From positions 4-64,003 of the forward strand of contig JASFKR010000003.1 of NCBI GenBank assembly GCA_050118535.1: 64,000 nt of DNA, given 5' to 3'. This document shows, one piece after another, positions 1 through 9,700 of the stretch. Position 1 is the first letter of the stretch; every line of letters begins with the position of its first letter. This DNA is from Myxococcales bacterium. Its GTDB lineage: Bacteria > Myxococcota_A > Polyangia > Polyangiales > JAFGIB01. The translations under genes and the position numbers were made by a program. The notes under the pieces are model-generated. The model had not been told where the DNA came from and searched no databases. It saw only the letters and a list, made by a program, of their open reading frames with translations.

Positions 1-1
1 C

Positions 2-2866
2 GCCCCCGGCACGCTGTCGTCGCCGGGCACGGCTTCGGGCGCGGATGCGGTCACGGAATCGGATTCGGTCCCGGGCACGGTCACGGCCCCGGACTCGGCC
101 TCGGTCCCGGGCACGGTCACGGCCCCGGACTCGGCCTCGGTGCCGGGCACGGCCTCGGTCCCGGGCACGGTCACGGCCCCGGGCACGGCCTCGGTCCCGG
201 GCACGGCCTCGGCCCCGGGCACCGCGCCTGCGCCCATTCCCCTGGAGCGTCTGGCCGATCCCGCGCTCGACGAGCAGCCGGCCGTATCCGGCGACACCAC
301 GCCCGGCGTGGGCGACACGCCCGGGGAGCTCGAAGACCCCGGCTGGGACGAGTCGGAGCCCCACATCCACTGGACCGGCGCCGGCATGCACTCCGCGCCC
401 GAGGTCGAGCTCGAGGTGGACGAGGGCGAGCCCATCACGACCTCCGCCGATCTGGAGCTGGGCGCCGACGCGGGCACGCCCGACGCACCCGAGGCAGTGC
501 TCGAGACCTTGCGCGAGCAGGGCCTCTTCGAGCCACCGGACGCTCCGCTCGACGACGACGCGGCCGAGGCCGCCCGGTGGGCCGCGCCGCAGGAGGTGGC
601 GCGCGGAGGCACCCGCATGCGCGGCGCCCTGATCGGCGTCTGGGCCGTCACGCTCTTGCTCTTCGCCGGCGGTTACTACGGGTGGCAGCAGTGGGTCGGC
701 GCCCGCCACGCCGAGGCCGCCCGGCTCGTTGCCGAGGCCCGCGAGGCCGCCTTCGACAGCGACTACGCCCGGCTGGTGGATGCCGAGCGCATGCTGCGCC
801 TGGCGCGCGAAAAGCACGCCCGCTCGCCGCAGGTGCCGAGCTTCGAGCTCTTCGTGCACACCCAGCGCGTCCTGGAAAACGGCAGCCGTGAGCTCAGCGC
901 CCTGCGCACGGCCATCGCCCGCGGTCAGCAGCTCGGCGCAGATCCGCGCTACCTGACGGCCGCCCGGGCCGTGCTCGCGACCTACTCCGGCGGCGGCGAG
1001 GAGGCCGCGAAGCTGCGCGACGACGCCGCGAAGGCGGCCGCCGGCGAGGGCGAGCTGCTCTACGTGGTGGGGCGGCTCGAGCAGCGCCTGGGCCTGACCG
1101 GCGCCCGCGCCCACCTGGAGGCGGCCGCCTCCGCCACCCCCGGTCTGCAGGCCGCGACCCTGGCCCTGGGCGAGCTGGCCCACGACGACGGCGCCCGCAC
1201 CGAGGCCCTGGCGCGTTTCGACGCCGTGCTCGAGCGACGCCCCACCCACCTGCGCGCACGCCTGTGGCGCAGCTACCTGACCGCCGACGAGCAGGAGCTG
1301 GAGGCGGGCCTGGCCGCGCTCGAGACGATGTCGGAGCAGGCCCAGGCCGGTGCGCCGATCGATCGCGTGTTGTGGTCGCTCGCGCGCGCGCGGCTGCTGC
1401 GCCGCAAGGGTGAGCTCGATGCCGCCGGTGAGGCCGTGCGCGGCGCGCTGCAGGGGGGCGCCGATGAGCCGCGGCTGCTGTCGCTCGTCGCCCAGGAGGC
1501 GCGCCAGACCGGTCAGCTCGGACTCGCCCAGACCGCGGCCACCCGCGCCGTGACCGCGGCGCCGGGCGCGGGGTCCTATCGGCTCTTGCTGGCGCGCGTG
1601 TTGATCGAGCGCGGCGACGGCCCGCGCGCTCTGGCGCTGCTGCAGGAGCTGCCCCAGGACGATCCCGGCGTCCTGATGCTGCGCGCCCGCGCTGCCCTGC
1701 AGTCCAGCAGCCCAGAGGCGCTCGAGGCGGGCCTCGAGGCGCTCGAGGCCTACCCCGACGAAGGTCAGGACGCGCTGGCCCTGCGCGCGCTGCAGCTGCG
1801 CATGCGCGCCAGGCTGTCGGCGACCCCCGCGCTGCTGCGCGCCGCCCGGAAGCTGGCCCGGCGCGCACCGGGCGATCCGGACGCGGCGCGCGCCCTGGGC
1901 GAGGTGGCCCTGGAGCTGCACGACGCCGAGACCGCGACCCGCGCGTTGGAGCAACTCGTCGCCTCCGCCCCGGATGATGCCGAGGGTCACTATCTGCTGG
2001 GCCGTGCCCGGCGCATGGCCGCGGACGCCGACGGCGCGGAGGCCGCCCTGCGGCGCAGCCTCGAGCTGTCGCCGTCCCACGCCGATGCGCTGGTCGCCCT
2101 CGGGGGGCTGTTGCTCGATCGCGGCAAGTACGCGGAGGCCGACCCCATCTACCAGAAGCTCGTGTCGAGCGGGGTAGGCACGCTCTTCGGTCGCCTGGGC
2201 CGGGTCGAGGCCCTGATCGGCCTCGGCAAGCTCGACGACGCGGCGGTGCAGCTGGCCGGGCTGCCGGAAGAGTTGCGTGACGGTCGCGCGGCGCGCGAGA
2301 CCGGCGCGCGCCTGTCGCTGGCGCGCGGCAAGCCGGGCGAGGCCCTCACCCTGCTGCGCCCGCTGGTCGACGCGCCGGACGCCGCGGCCGCCACCGTCTC
2401 CCTCTACGCGGATGCCCTCTACGCCGCCGACCAGGTCAACGTGGCCGCCGCCCGTTACGAGGAGGCCCTCGGGAAGGACGCCGGGCTGCCGGAGGCCCTG
2501 ATCGGCCGCGCCGAGGTTCACCTGCGCGCCGAGCGTCCGGACGACGCCCTCGAGCTGCTCGACCAGGCACGCGAGTCGCTGCAGTCGCGGCTGCGCGCGC
2601 CCGAGGTCCGCGCGCAGATGTTGATGCACTTCGGACACGCCTACGTGCAGCGCGACAAGCGCGGCGATCTGGACCGCGCCCGCCAGGTCCTGCTGGAAGC
2701 CATCGAGCTGCCCAACGCGCCCGCCGAGGCCCACTTCTGGTTGGGCGAGGCCAGCGGCGGCCGCCGCACGCCGGAGGCCGCCGCCGCCTTCAAGCGCTAC
2801 CTGGAGCTGCGCCCCGACGGCCGCTACGTGGAGCGCGCGCGCACGGCGCTGGGTCCGATGCTCTGA
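2..2866 (+). CDS. TPR-repeat protein with N-terminal low-complexity repeat region and one predicted TM helix (probably 5' partial; frame is open to the window edge)
   Basis: Track ORF 140..2866 starts at a GTG. The same frame has no stop back to nt 2 and continues the PGTVTAPDSASV-type repeat, so the true start is probably upstream of the window. Hydrophobic segment GALIGVWAVTLLLFAGGYYGW. It is followed by about 650 aa of A/L/R-rich TPR-like helices, e.g. AEGHYLLGRARRMAADADGAEAALRRSLELSPSHADALVALGGLLLDRGKYAEA. Confidence 0.75.
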   Translation, partial: APGTLSSPGTASGADAVTESDSVPGTVTAPDSASVPGTVTAPDSASVPGTASVPGTVTAPGTASVPGTASAPGTAPAPIPLERLADPALDEQPAVSGDTTPGVGDTPGELEDPGWDESEPHIHWTGAGMHSAPEVELEVDEGEPITTSADLELGADAGTPDAPEAVLETLREQGLFEPPDAPLDDDAAEAARWAAPQEVARGGTRMRGALIGVWAVTLLLFAGGYYGWQQWVGARHAEAARLVAEAREAAFDSDYARLVDAERMLRLAREKHARSPQVPSFELFVHTQRVLENGSRELSALRTAIARGQQLGADPRYLTAARAVLATYSGGGEEAAKLRDDAAKAAAGEGELLYVVGRLEQRLGLTGARAHLEAAASATPGLQAATLALGELAHDDGARTEALARFDAVLERRPTHLRARLWRSYLTADEQELEAGLAALETMSEQAQAGAPIDRVLWSLARARLLRRKGELDAAGEAVRGALQGGADEPRLLSLVAQEARQTGQLGLAQTAATRAVTAAPGAGSYRLLLARVLIERGDGPRALALLQELPQDDPGVLMLRARAALQSSSPEALEAGLEALEAYPDEGQDALALRALQLRMRARLSATPALLRAARKLARRAPGDPDAARALGEVALELHDAETATRALEQLVASAPDDAEGHYLLGRARRMAADADGAEAALRRSLELSPSHADALVALGGLLLDRGKYAEADPIYQKLVSSGVGTLFGRLGRVEALIGLGKLDDAAVQLAGLPEELRDGRAARETGARLSLARGKPGEALTLLRPLVDAPDAAAATVSLYADALYAADQVNVAAARYEEALGKDAGLPEALIGRAEVHLRAERPDDALELLDQARESLQSRLRAPEVRAQMLMHFGHAYVQRDKRGDLDRARQVLLEAIELPNAPAEAHFWLGEASGGRRTPEAAAAFKRYLELRPDGRYVERARTALGPML
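8..235 (+). repeat. In-frame hexamer-periodic (NNNNCG) tract containing 36-bp tandem units
   Basis: Read directly. gtcccgggcacggtcacggccccggactcggcctcg at 68-103 is repeated exactly at 104-139, then followed by shortened variants to about 230. Positions 5-6 of nearly every hexamer are CG. The tract encodes an X-(T/S/P/A) dipeptide pattern. Confidence 0.8.
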
Positions 2867-2959
2867 GGGTATCCTCCCGCGGCACACCTGCACGCACCCG
2901 AACCGACGCATTGCGCGCGGCCGGGGGTCGCGCGACACTTTCTTCGCCCGAGGATCCAG

Positions 2960-3877
2960 TTGTCGCACAACGCTGAACAGGACACGGTTCGCGAGGAAGA
3001 GGAGAACCTCTCGGCCTCGGTCGAGCGCGGGCCCAGGTCCCACGCCGTCCTGACGGTGCTGCGGGGAGACAACCCCGGCTTCCTGTTCACGCTCGAGGGA
3101 GCCGAGTCGGTGGTGGGACGCAGCCCCGACGTGGAAGTGACGCTGCCCGACGAGAGCCTCTCGCGCAGGCACGCGCGCATCCGGCGCAGCGGCGAGGCGT
3201 TCACCATCGAGGACCTGGGCAGCACCAACGGCACCTTCGTCGACGGCAAGCGCGTCGAGGGGCCCCAGGCGCTGGAGGACGGCGCACGCATCTTCCTGGG
3301 CACGCGCACGGTGCTGCACTTCCGCTTGCACGACGGCGTCGAGCTCGAGGCGGCGCGCCAGACGCGGGCGTTGACGGTGCGCGATCCGTTGACCGGCTGC
3401 TTCAACCGACGCCACCTGCAGGACTGCCTGTGGGCGGAGGCCGCCTACGCGCAGCGGCACCGCGCTCCCCTGTCGCTCATCCTGCTCGACATCGATCATT
3501 TCAAGCGCATCAACGACGAATTCGGCCACGCCGCCGGCGACGCGGCCCTGTGCATGGTGGCCGAGACCATCGAGTCGCTCACGCGGCGGGAAGACCTACT
3601 GGCGCGCTTCGGAGGCGAGGAGTTCGCCGTGCTGGCGCGGGGCATCGATCGCGAGGCCACGCGCGTGCTGGCCGAGCGCATTCGCGGCGGAGTGGCTGCG
3701 CAGAAGCTCTCCACGTCGAGCGGCACGCTCAGCTGCACGGTGAGCCTCGGCGTGGCCCACAGCGCCGACGGCAGCGATGCCGACCCCCAGGAGCTCTTCG
3801 AGGCGGCCGACCGCGCCCTTTACGAGGCCAAGGACACGGGGCGCAACCGCGTCTCGCTCGCTCCGCCCGGCGATTGA
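2960..3877 (+). CDS. FHA domain-containing diguanylate cyclase (FHA-GGDEF fusion)
   Basis: TTG start. FHA signature: VVGRSPDVEVTLPDESLSRRHARIRRSGEAFTIEDLGSTNGTFVDGKRV. GGDEF domain: RDPLTGCFNRRHL, LLDIDHFKRINDEFGHAAGD, intact GGEEF, and an RRED (RxxD) I-site 5 residues upstream of GGEEF. C-terminal ALYEAKDTGRNRV. Confidence 0.85.
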   Translation: MSHNAEQDTVREEEENLSASVERGPRSHAVLTVLRGDNPGFLFTLEGAESVVGRSPDVEVTLPDESLSRRHARIRRSGEAFTIEDLGSTNGTFVDGKRVEGPQALEDGARIFLGTRTVLHFRLHDGVELEAARQTRALTVRDPLTGCFNRRHLQDCLWAEAAYAQRHRAPLSLILLDIDHFKRINDEFGHAAGDAALCMVAETIESLTRREDLLARFGGEEFAVLARGIDREATRVLAERIRGGVAAQKLSTSSGTLSCTVSLGVAHSADGSDADPQELFEAADRALYEAKDTGRNRVSLAPPGD

Positions 3878-3878
3878 C

Positions 3879-5144
3879 TCACAGCATGTCGGCGGTCTCG
3901 GCGCGAAAACGCTCCCAGCTGTCCAGCGTTTCGCGCGTCATCGCGTCGATGGCCTCGTCGATCTCGTCCCGGTAGCGCATGAGCATCATGCGCTCGGCGT
4001 AGCGCAGCTGGGAGTCGAGGGGGTCGGCGATGTGCAAGGTGTGTCCACGTCCGAGCTGGGCCCCCACGTCCCAGGCCACCGCGCGCAGATCGTCGATCGA
4101 GCGCAGATCGCGCATCAGGTCGAGCTCTCGATAGTCGACGAGCCAGCGCTGAATCCAGAATGGACGATCCTCCTGCCCGTCGCCCTCCTCGGCGGGTGGC
4201 ACCTGGGCGAGCAGCGGGTCGCGGACCCGCGCGATCCGGGCCTGCCCCACGACGACCCGGAAGGCGCCGCCTCCGGACGCCGCCGTCGACACGCACGGGA
4301 TGCTGCTCAGGTCGCTGAGCTCCTTGGACTCCAGGACCACGTCGTCCCCGGGTGCGGCCGTCGGGCCCTGAATGCGCAGCAGCAGCTTGTTGCGCAGGGC
4401 GCTGCCGATCCCCAGCTTGATTCGGCCCACCTTGACGAGCTGGAAGTAGCCGGCCGGCAGGTCCGGGTGCTCGGCCCGCATCATCGTCACGTAGCGCTCG
4501 TAGCCCCGCAGGAACTCCGCCCGCGCGTCGGCCGCCATCGGCTGCATCAGCCGCTCGGCCGCCGCGAGAAACGACCCCGTGTTCCGGCGGTAGAGGTCCC
4601 GGATCCGCCGGACCACGTCGGGGAGCGGGCACGCCACATCGGGGTCCTCGAGGGCCGCAACGTAACCGTCGAAGAAGGCCCGCCGCGCGGGCGCTGCGTC
4701 CCAGTGGTGGGCGCGCGCGGCGAGCTCGAGGCTGACGCCGAAGCGCACCAGATCGATCACGGCCGGGCCGGCGGTGGCCTCGTCGAAGTCGGCCAGGCCG
4801 CGAAACTCGCCAGTCACCGCATACTGCTGCAGGTGCGCATCACCGTGGAGGTTGACCTGGGGCATCGCCGCCGCCACATCGGCGAAGCGCTCGCACACCC
4901 GCCGTGTGAAGCCGTGGTGGACGAAGCGAAAGTATGCGTGCGGGTCGCGGCGGAGGCGCTCGAGCAGCGGGCGGCGTCGCTCGAAGGAGTCCTCGTCCAG
5001 CGGCGGGTGCAGGACCGGCCGGCGGTCGTCGGCGCCGGGTCGGCGCACGCTGCGGGCGGGCGCGCAGGCTGCGAAACCGGTCGTGAGGCTGGCCGCGACC
5101 GTGGCCGTCAGCAGCGCCCGCCACGTCGCCCGCGTCCCATACAT
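3879..5144 (-). CDS. DUF2252-like protein (aminoglycoside-phosphotransferase-like fold), probable lipoprotein
   Basis: Track ORF 3879..5234. I prefer the internal Met (MYGTRATWRALLTATVAASLTTGFAAC), which gives a signal/lipobox-like N-terminus. Motifs recalled for DUF2252: DPHAYFRF, NLHGDAHLQQY, ADFDEATAGPAVIDLVRFGVSL. Confidence 0.7.
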   Translation of the reverse strand: MYGTRATWRALLTATVAASLTTGFAACAPARSVRRPGADDRRPVLHPPLDEDSFERRRPLLERLRRDPHAYFRFVHHGFTRRVCERFADVAAAMPQVNLHGDAHLQQYAVTGEFRGLADFDEATAGPAVIDLVRFGVSLELAARAHHWDAAPARRAFFDGYVAALEDPDVACPLPDVVRRIRDLYRRNTGSFLAAAERLMQPMAADARAEFLRGYERYVTMMRAEHPDLPAGYFQLVKVGRIKLGIGSALRNKLLLRIQGPTAAPGDDVVLESKELSDLSSIPCVSTAASGGGAFRVVVGQARIARVRDPLLAQVPPAEEGDGQEDRPFWIQRWLVDYRELDLMRDLRSIDDLRAVAWDVGAQLGRGHTLHIADPLDSQLRYAERMMLMRYRDEIDEAIDAMTRETLDSWERFRAETADML

Positions 5145-5227
5145 GACCCAATTGTGTGGTTCCCGTGGCCCGGCGTAAAGCACGGCGGGAGGCGCATTCG
5201 GGCGCGCGAACGAGTACCCTCGTGCCC

Positions 5228-5959
5228 ATGGCAAGAGCGCGAGCGGAACGGTGGGCGGCTGCCCTGTGCGTCACTGTCGTCGTGGGAGCCTGCCCGGTGG
5301 TGGGCGGTTGCGGCGGCGAGCCCGAGCGAGAGGCACCCCGAGCGGCCGAGACCAGCGGCCAGGAGCGAGCCGAGCCCGAGCCCATGGAAGTGGAAGGCCT
5401 CATGGGCACCATCCCGGAGCGCAAGATCCACGCGACCCTCGAGCCCAAGCTCGGGCGCTTTCAGCGGTGCTTCTTCCACGGGGCCGAGGAGGTGGAGCTC
5501 ATCGGCGGCGATTTCGAATTCTACTTTCGCGTCGGCCTCGACGGCCGCGTGGAGTGGGTCTACCCGCGTCGCTCCACCGTCGGGCACCGGGCCACGGAGA
5601 AGTGCCTGCTGGAAGAGGCGGCCCGCGTGCGCTTTCCCGAGCCCCAGGGCGGCGGCGCGGCCGAGCTCGCCTGGGGGTTCGGCCTGGACCCCGCGGCCGG
5701 GCGACCGCCCGTCGCGTGGGAGCCCTCGCGCGTGGCGGAGGTCGTGGCCAGCGAGGGCCCGGACGTGGTCGATGCCTGCGGGGGCGGCAGCTTCCAGGTC
5801 ACGGTCTACGTGGCCCCGGGCGGCCAGGTGATGGCGGCGGGGGCGGCCGTGGACGATCCGGAAAGCGCCGAGCACATCGATTGCGTGGTGGAGGCCGTGC
5901 GCGGCTGGAGCATGCCGGACCCCGGCTCCTACGCGGCCAAGGTCAGCTTCGAGCTGTGA
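5228..5959 (+). CDS. Hypothetical lipoprotein
   Basis: ATG at 5228 inside track ORF 5156..5959. N-terminus [30 protein letters not shown] has signal-peptide and lipobox character. Balanced amino-acid composition and high GC3. No family recognised. Confidence 0.6.
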   Translation: MARARAERWAAALCVTVVVGACPVVGGCGGEPEREAPRAAETSGQERAEPEPMEVEGLMGTIPERKIHATLEPKLGRFQRCFFHGAEEVELIGGDFEFYFRVGLDGRVEWVYPRRSTVGHRATEKCLLEEAARVRFPEPQGGGAAELAWGFGLDPAAGRPPVAWEPSRVAEVVASEGPDVVDACGGGSFQVTVYVAPGGQVMAAGAAVDDPESAEHIDCVVEAVRGWSMPDPGSYAAKVSFEL

Positions 5960-6036
5960 TCCCCGAGCTGGGATCCCGGACCGGGCCGTTACGCCAGCCC
6001 CGGCGCGGCGACACACTCGTCGAGAAGGAGGCCACC

Positions 6037-7257
6037 ATGTCCAGCATCGAGCGCGTGCAATTCGAGGGAGGGCAGGGCCAGACGCTGTCGGGCCGGCTGC
6101 ACCTGCCGGCGGGAAAGCCGGCGGCGTTCGTGCTCTTCGCGCACTGCTTCACCTGCGGCAAGGACCTGCGCATCGCCACGCGCATGGCCCGCGCGTTCGC
6201 CGAGCGGGGCCTGGGCGTGCTGCGCTTCGACTTCACCGGGCTGGGCGAGAGCGAAGGAGAGTTCGCGGAGACGACCTTCTCCAGCAACCTGGACGACCTG
6301 GTAGCGGCGGCGGACTACCTGCGCGCCGAGCACGGCGCCCCGCGCATCCTGGTGGGTCACAGCCTGGGCGGCGCGGCCGTGCTGGCGGCGGCTGCCCGCA
6401 TCGAGGACGCGGCCGCGGTCGCCACGATCGGAGCGCCCGCCGAGCCGGCCCACGTGCGCAAGCTCCTCTCCGAGAGCCGCGAGGAGCTCACCAGCTGCGG
6501 TGAGGCGGAGGTCGACATCGGGGGCCGCCCCTTCCGCGTGAAGCAGAGCCTGATCGACGACCTCGAGGCGCACGACAACCGCGAGCGCATCGCCGAGCTG
6601 CGGCGCGCGCTGCTCGTCCTGCACTCGCCGCAGGACAACATCGTGGGGATCGACAACGCCTCGCGGATCTTCGAGGCGGCGCGCCACCCCAAGAGCTTCG
6701 TCTCGCTCGACGGCGCCGACCACCTGCTCAGCAACCCGGCCGACGCGGAGTACGCGGCGACCACCATCGCCGCGTGGGCGGAGCGCTATCTGCCTGCGCC
6801 GCCCGAGCCGAAGGAGAGTCACTGGGTACCCCATGGCACGGTGCTGACCACCATCGCCGAGTCTGGTCTCACCGTGGACGTGCAGGCCAGCGGCCACCAC
6901 CTGCGCGCCGACGAGCCCCGCTCGGTGGGCGGGAGCGAGACCGGGCCCACGCCCTACGACTACCTGCTCGCCGCGCTCGGGGCGTGCACCGCCATGACCC
7001 TGCGCATGTACGCCGACCGCAAGCAGTGGCCCCTGCAGGGGGTCGCCGTGCGTCTGAAGCACGGCCGGGTTCACGCGCAGGACTGCGAGGACTGCGAGAC
7101 GAAAAAAGGCCGCGTGGACGTCATCGACCGCAACCTGGAGCTGGCTGGGCCGCTCGACGAGGCCCAGCGGTCCAGGCTGATCGAGATCGCCGACCGCTGC
7201 CCGGTACACCGCACCTTCGAGGGCGAGATCCGTGTGCGCACGACGGTGGAGGACTGA
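6037..7257 (+). CDS. Bifunctional alpha/beta hydrolase / OsmC-family protein
   Basis: ATG 6037, preceded by aaggag at 6025-6030. The upstream part of track ORF 5251..7257 is Arg/Gly-rich and overlaps the previous gene. Hydrolase nucleophile elbow GHSLGG. C-terminal OsmC-like segment [31 protein letters not shown] ... [10 protein letters not shown]. Confidence 0.85.
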   Translation: MSSIERVQFEGGQGQTLSGRLHLPAGKPAAFVLFAHCFTCGKDLRIATRMARAFAERGLGVLRFDFTGLGESEGEFAETTFSSNLDDLVAAADYLRAEHGAPRILVGHSLGGAAVLAAAARIEDAAAVATIGAPAEPAHVRKLLSESREELTSCGEAEVDIGGRPFRVKQSLIDDLEAHDNRERIAELRRALLVLHSPQDNIVGIDNASRIFEAARHPKSFVSLDGADHLLSNPADAEYAATTIAAWAERYLPAPPEPKESHWVPHGTVLTTIAESGLTVDVQASGHHLRADEPRSVGGSETGPTPYDYLLAALGACTAMTLRMYADRKQWPLQGVAVRLKHGRVHAQDCEDCETKKGRVDVIDRNLELAGPLDEAQRSRLIEIADRCPVHRTFEGEIRVRTTVED

Positions 7258-7281
7258 GGCCCGGCGCGGCCGCGGAGACCT

Positions 7282-7863
7282 TCACCACATGGATGGGAAG
7301 CAGTTGGCCCAGTCGCAGCTCGCCAGGCCCATGCACGCGGTCAGGTTGTTCGAGAAACTCACGCGCTGCTCGTTGGTGAACTGCGCCACCACCGACAGGT
7401 TGGCGTTGACGCACGCATCCACCGACCCCGCGAAGTCGGCCACCGGCTGACCCGAGTCCACCATGCACTGCACTTTCTGGGTGCAGTCGTAGATGATGGC
7501 GTCGCGCTGGCTCTCGGCGAAGGTGTCCACCGCGTCGGTGACCGCGCAGTCGAAATAGTCGCAGACCACGAACTGCTGGCAGCGGCGCAGGTTGCTCTCG
7601 AACTCACGGGCCTTGTCGGCATCGCCGTTGAGCACGCGACCCGTGTACTCCATGCAGTTGCCGACCGGATCGGGGATGCCCATGAGCAACCCGCGCTGGG
7701 CGAGGCATTGCACGGTCTGCTCGCAATCCAAGGACACGGATGCCTCGTTCATGGCGGCGTAGGTGCCCGAGGCGTAGGTGCCCCCCTCCTCGCCGGAACC
7801 GCAGCCAGCACTCGCGAGGACGCAGGCCCCCACACACATGAAACCCACGACCAAACGCAGCAT
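7282..7863 (-). CDS. Cysteine-rich lipoprotein with an internally duplicated 6-Cys module
   Basis: Internal Met of track ORF 7282..8802; the upstream part overlaps ddl. N-terminus [21 protein letters not shown] contains a lipobox. Two copies of DCxQxVQC...C...C..C..C: LDCEQTVQC... and YDCTQKVQC... Confidence 0.65.
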   Translation of the reverse strand: MLRLVVGFMCVGACVLASAGCGSGEEGGTYASGTYAAMNEASVSLDCEQTVQCLAQRGLLMGIPDPVGNCMEYTGRVLNGDADKAREFESNLRRCQQFVVCDYFDCAVTDAVDTFAESQRDAIIYDCTQKVQCMVDSGQPVADFAGSVDACVNANLSVVAQFTNEQRVSFSNNLTACMGLASCDWANCFPSMW

Positions 7864-7939
7864 GAACACTTCCCGTGACACCGCCGGGCCGTTCCGGGGC
7901 GCATACCGCTGCGCACCGGGCCCGAACCCGTCCCAAGAC

Positions 7940-7951
7940 GATACCGGTATC
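7940..7951. promoter_or_regulatory. Perfect 12-bp palindrome GATACCGGTATC upstream of the Cys-rich lipoprotein gene
   Basis: Read directly in the 150-nt gap between the ddl stop (8013) and the lipoprotein start (7863). The function is not established. Confidence 0.25.
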
Positions 7952-8012
7952 AGGAGCCATCGCTCGTGAAAAGGTCCCCGGCTCCGGCTGCTGCGCCCCA
8001 AAGAGTGCGGGG

Positions 8013-9119
8013 TCAACGAATCCGGCGGAGCTGGCGCCGCTCGGCGTGGCGCTCGAGTGCCAGATCGACCAGACGCGCGAGCAGGTCGGGGTAGGGCAGA
8101 CCCGAGGCCTCCCACAGCTTCGGATACTGGCTGATGGCGGTGAAGCCGGGGATGGTGTTGGCCTCGTTGAAGAGGAAGCGTCCGCTCTCGCGCTCGAGGA
8201 AGAGGTCGACGCGAGCCATGCCCTCGCACTCGAGCGCGGCGAACACGCGGCGCGCGATGGCCTGCGCCTCGGCGCGCTGCCCCGGCTCCAGATCGGCCGG
8301 GATGTGCAGTTCTGCGCCGTCGTCGTCCACGTACTTGCGCTCGAAGCTGTAGAAGGACTCGGCGGCGACCACCTCGCCGGGCAGGCTGACCTCCGGGTCT
8401 GCGTCCGGCTCGACGGCCTCGAGCACGGCCAGCTCGATCTCGCGCGCGTCCACGGCCTGCTCCACCAGCACCTTGGTGTCGTACTCGAACGCGAAGTCGA
8501 TGGCCTGCACGAGCTGGCTCCCGTCGTCGACGCGGGTGATCCCGATGCTCGAGCCGAGGTTGGCCGGCTTCACGAAGACGGGAAAGCCCAGCTCCCCGCA
8601 GACGGCCTCGCGCACCGACGCCGGGTCCCGGTGCCAGCGGCCCCGGCGCACGCTCACGTAGGCCGTGTGCGCGACGCCGGCCGACGCCACCAGCCGCTTG
8701 GACACGTCCTTGTCCATGCACACGGCCGACCCCAGCACGCCCGCGCCCACGTAGGGCAGGTCCGAAAGCTCCAGCAGCCCCTGCAGCGCCCCGTCCTCGC
8801 AAAGCGGCCCGTGCATCACGGGAAAGACCACGTCGATGCCGCCCTCGGCGGCCGCGGCCAGGGGCGCGTCGGTCGGTCGCGGCGCCGGGCTGAGCGGAGC
8901 CGTGGTGGTGGCGATGGGCAGGGCGGGGCCCGGCGCGGCCAGCAGCCGGTCCAGGTCCTGCGCGTGCCAGGCGCCCTCCCGATCGACGGCGATGGGCACC
9001 ACCTCGTAGCGTTCCCGATCGAGCTGCTCGATCACGTTGCGCGCCGAAAGCAGGGAGATCTCGTGCTCGGTGGAGCGCCCGCCGTAGAGCACGGCGACGC
9101 GGATGCGCCTGCGGGTCAT
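8013..9119 (-). CDS. ddl: D-alanine--D-alanine ligase
   Basis: Start at MTRRRIRVAVLYGGRSTEHEISLLSARNV inside track ORF 8013..9605. Ddl-like motifs: PVMHGPLCEDGALQGLLE, FPVFVKPANLGSSIGI, ARVDLFLERESGRFLFNEANTIPGFT. Confidence 0.9.
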   Translation of the reverse strand: MTRRRIRVAVLYGGRSTEHEISLLSARNVIEQLDRERYEVVPIAVDREGAWHAQDLDRLLAAPGPALPIATTTAPLSPAPRPTDAPLAAAAEGGIDVVFPVMHGPLCEDGALQGLLELSDLPYVGAGVLGSAVCMDKDVSKRLVASAGVAHTAYVSVRRGRWHRDPASVREAVCGELGFPVFVKPANLGSSIGITRVDDGSQLVQAIDFAFEYDTKVLVEQAVDAREIELAVLEAVEPDADPEVSLPGEVVAAESFYSFERKYVDDDGAELHIPADLEPGQRAEAQAIARRVFAALECEGMARVDLFLERESGRFLFNEANTIPGFTAISQYPKLWEASGLPYPDLLARLVDLALERHAERRQLRRIR

Positions 9120-9163
9120 GGGGCGCGACTGTAGCAGGCCGATCCGCGCCGGCCGAGTCGGGA

Positions 9164-9700
9164 TCAGCCCTCGTCGTGGTCGTGGTCGTCGTCGCCGTCG
9201 GAGAAACCCGGCGCGCTCGCGACCGGAGCGCCTGCCGCGCCGGTGCCCACGTAGGCCGCCGCGGCGCCGTGCCGATAGACCAGGGCGCCGCCGGCCTCGC
9301 CCGTGCGATAGCCCAGGCCCAGCACGACCAGCGTGCCGACGGTCGCAGCCGCCGCCAGCGGTCTTCCGGCCTTCGTGCGCGCGGCGACGAGCGCCAGCAG
9401 CATGGCCCCGAGCACCGCGCCGCTGGCCGCGACGAAGGCCTCCGCGGCCTCTTCGTGCTCCTCGATGTGACGCTCGGCCACGACGCGCTCGACCCGGTCC
9501 TCCTCCGCCTCGCCGGATTGCAGCGCCGCCACGCCCGAGGCCACCAGCAGCGCCTGCAGGGCGACCGCGATCGTCCAGCTGCGGGCCGGAAGCCAGTCGC
9601 GCCACCAGGCCAGCAGCAGCCCGCCGGCGATCAGCGGCATGAGCACGCCCAGGGCGATGGGCAGGTGAACGATCTTGGGGTGAAAGAAGAGGGTGTCCAT
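9164..9700 (-). CDS. Membrane protein (DUF2231-like) with a C-terminal Asp/His-rich tail
   Basis: Internal Met (MDTLFFHPKIVHLPIALGVLMPL) with ggaggcc just upstream. Several hydrophobic helices. The tail is FSDGDDDHDHDEG. Confidence 0.6.
   Translation of the reverse strand: MDTLFFHPKIVHLPIALGVLMPLIAGGLLLAWWRDWLPARSWTIAVALQALLVASGVAALQSGEAEEDRVERVVAERHIEEHEEAAEAFVAASGAVLGAMLLALVAARTKAGRPLAAAATVGTLVVLGLGYRTGEAGGALVYRHGAAAAYVGTGAAGAPVASAPGFSDGDDDHDHDEG

Noticed and set aside
8-235. Tandem repeat considered as a CRISPR array or minisatellite
   Set aside because: The units are contiguous (period 6/36 nt) with no unique spacers. They stay in frame with the downstream TPR gene, and no cas genes are present in the window.
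45-632. 195-aa ORF made almost entirely of Arg/Pro/Ser (RSRARSRPRTRP...), plus ORFs 577..891, 729..956 and 894..1868(-) over the TPR gene
   Set aside because: They are off-frame or antisense readings of the hexamer repeat and the GC-rich TPR gene. The composition is typical of shadow ORFs in stop-poor high-GC DNA.
3777-5831. 684-aa plus-strand ORF, with 3820..4632(-), 4840..5448(-), 5108..6016(-), 5251..6036(+) and 5989..7209(-)
   Set aside because: All overlap better-supported genes (DUF2252-like, lipoprotein, hydrolase-OsmC). They are Arg/Gly/Pro/Ala-rich and carry no recognisable motifs.
7875-9134. 419-aa ORF antisense to ddl, the N-terminal 313 aa of track ORF 7282..8802, and the extension of ORF 8013..9605 beyond 9119
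   Set aside because: ddl motifs read cleanly on the minus strand from Met at 9119. The extensions are low-complexity Arg/Gly runs.
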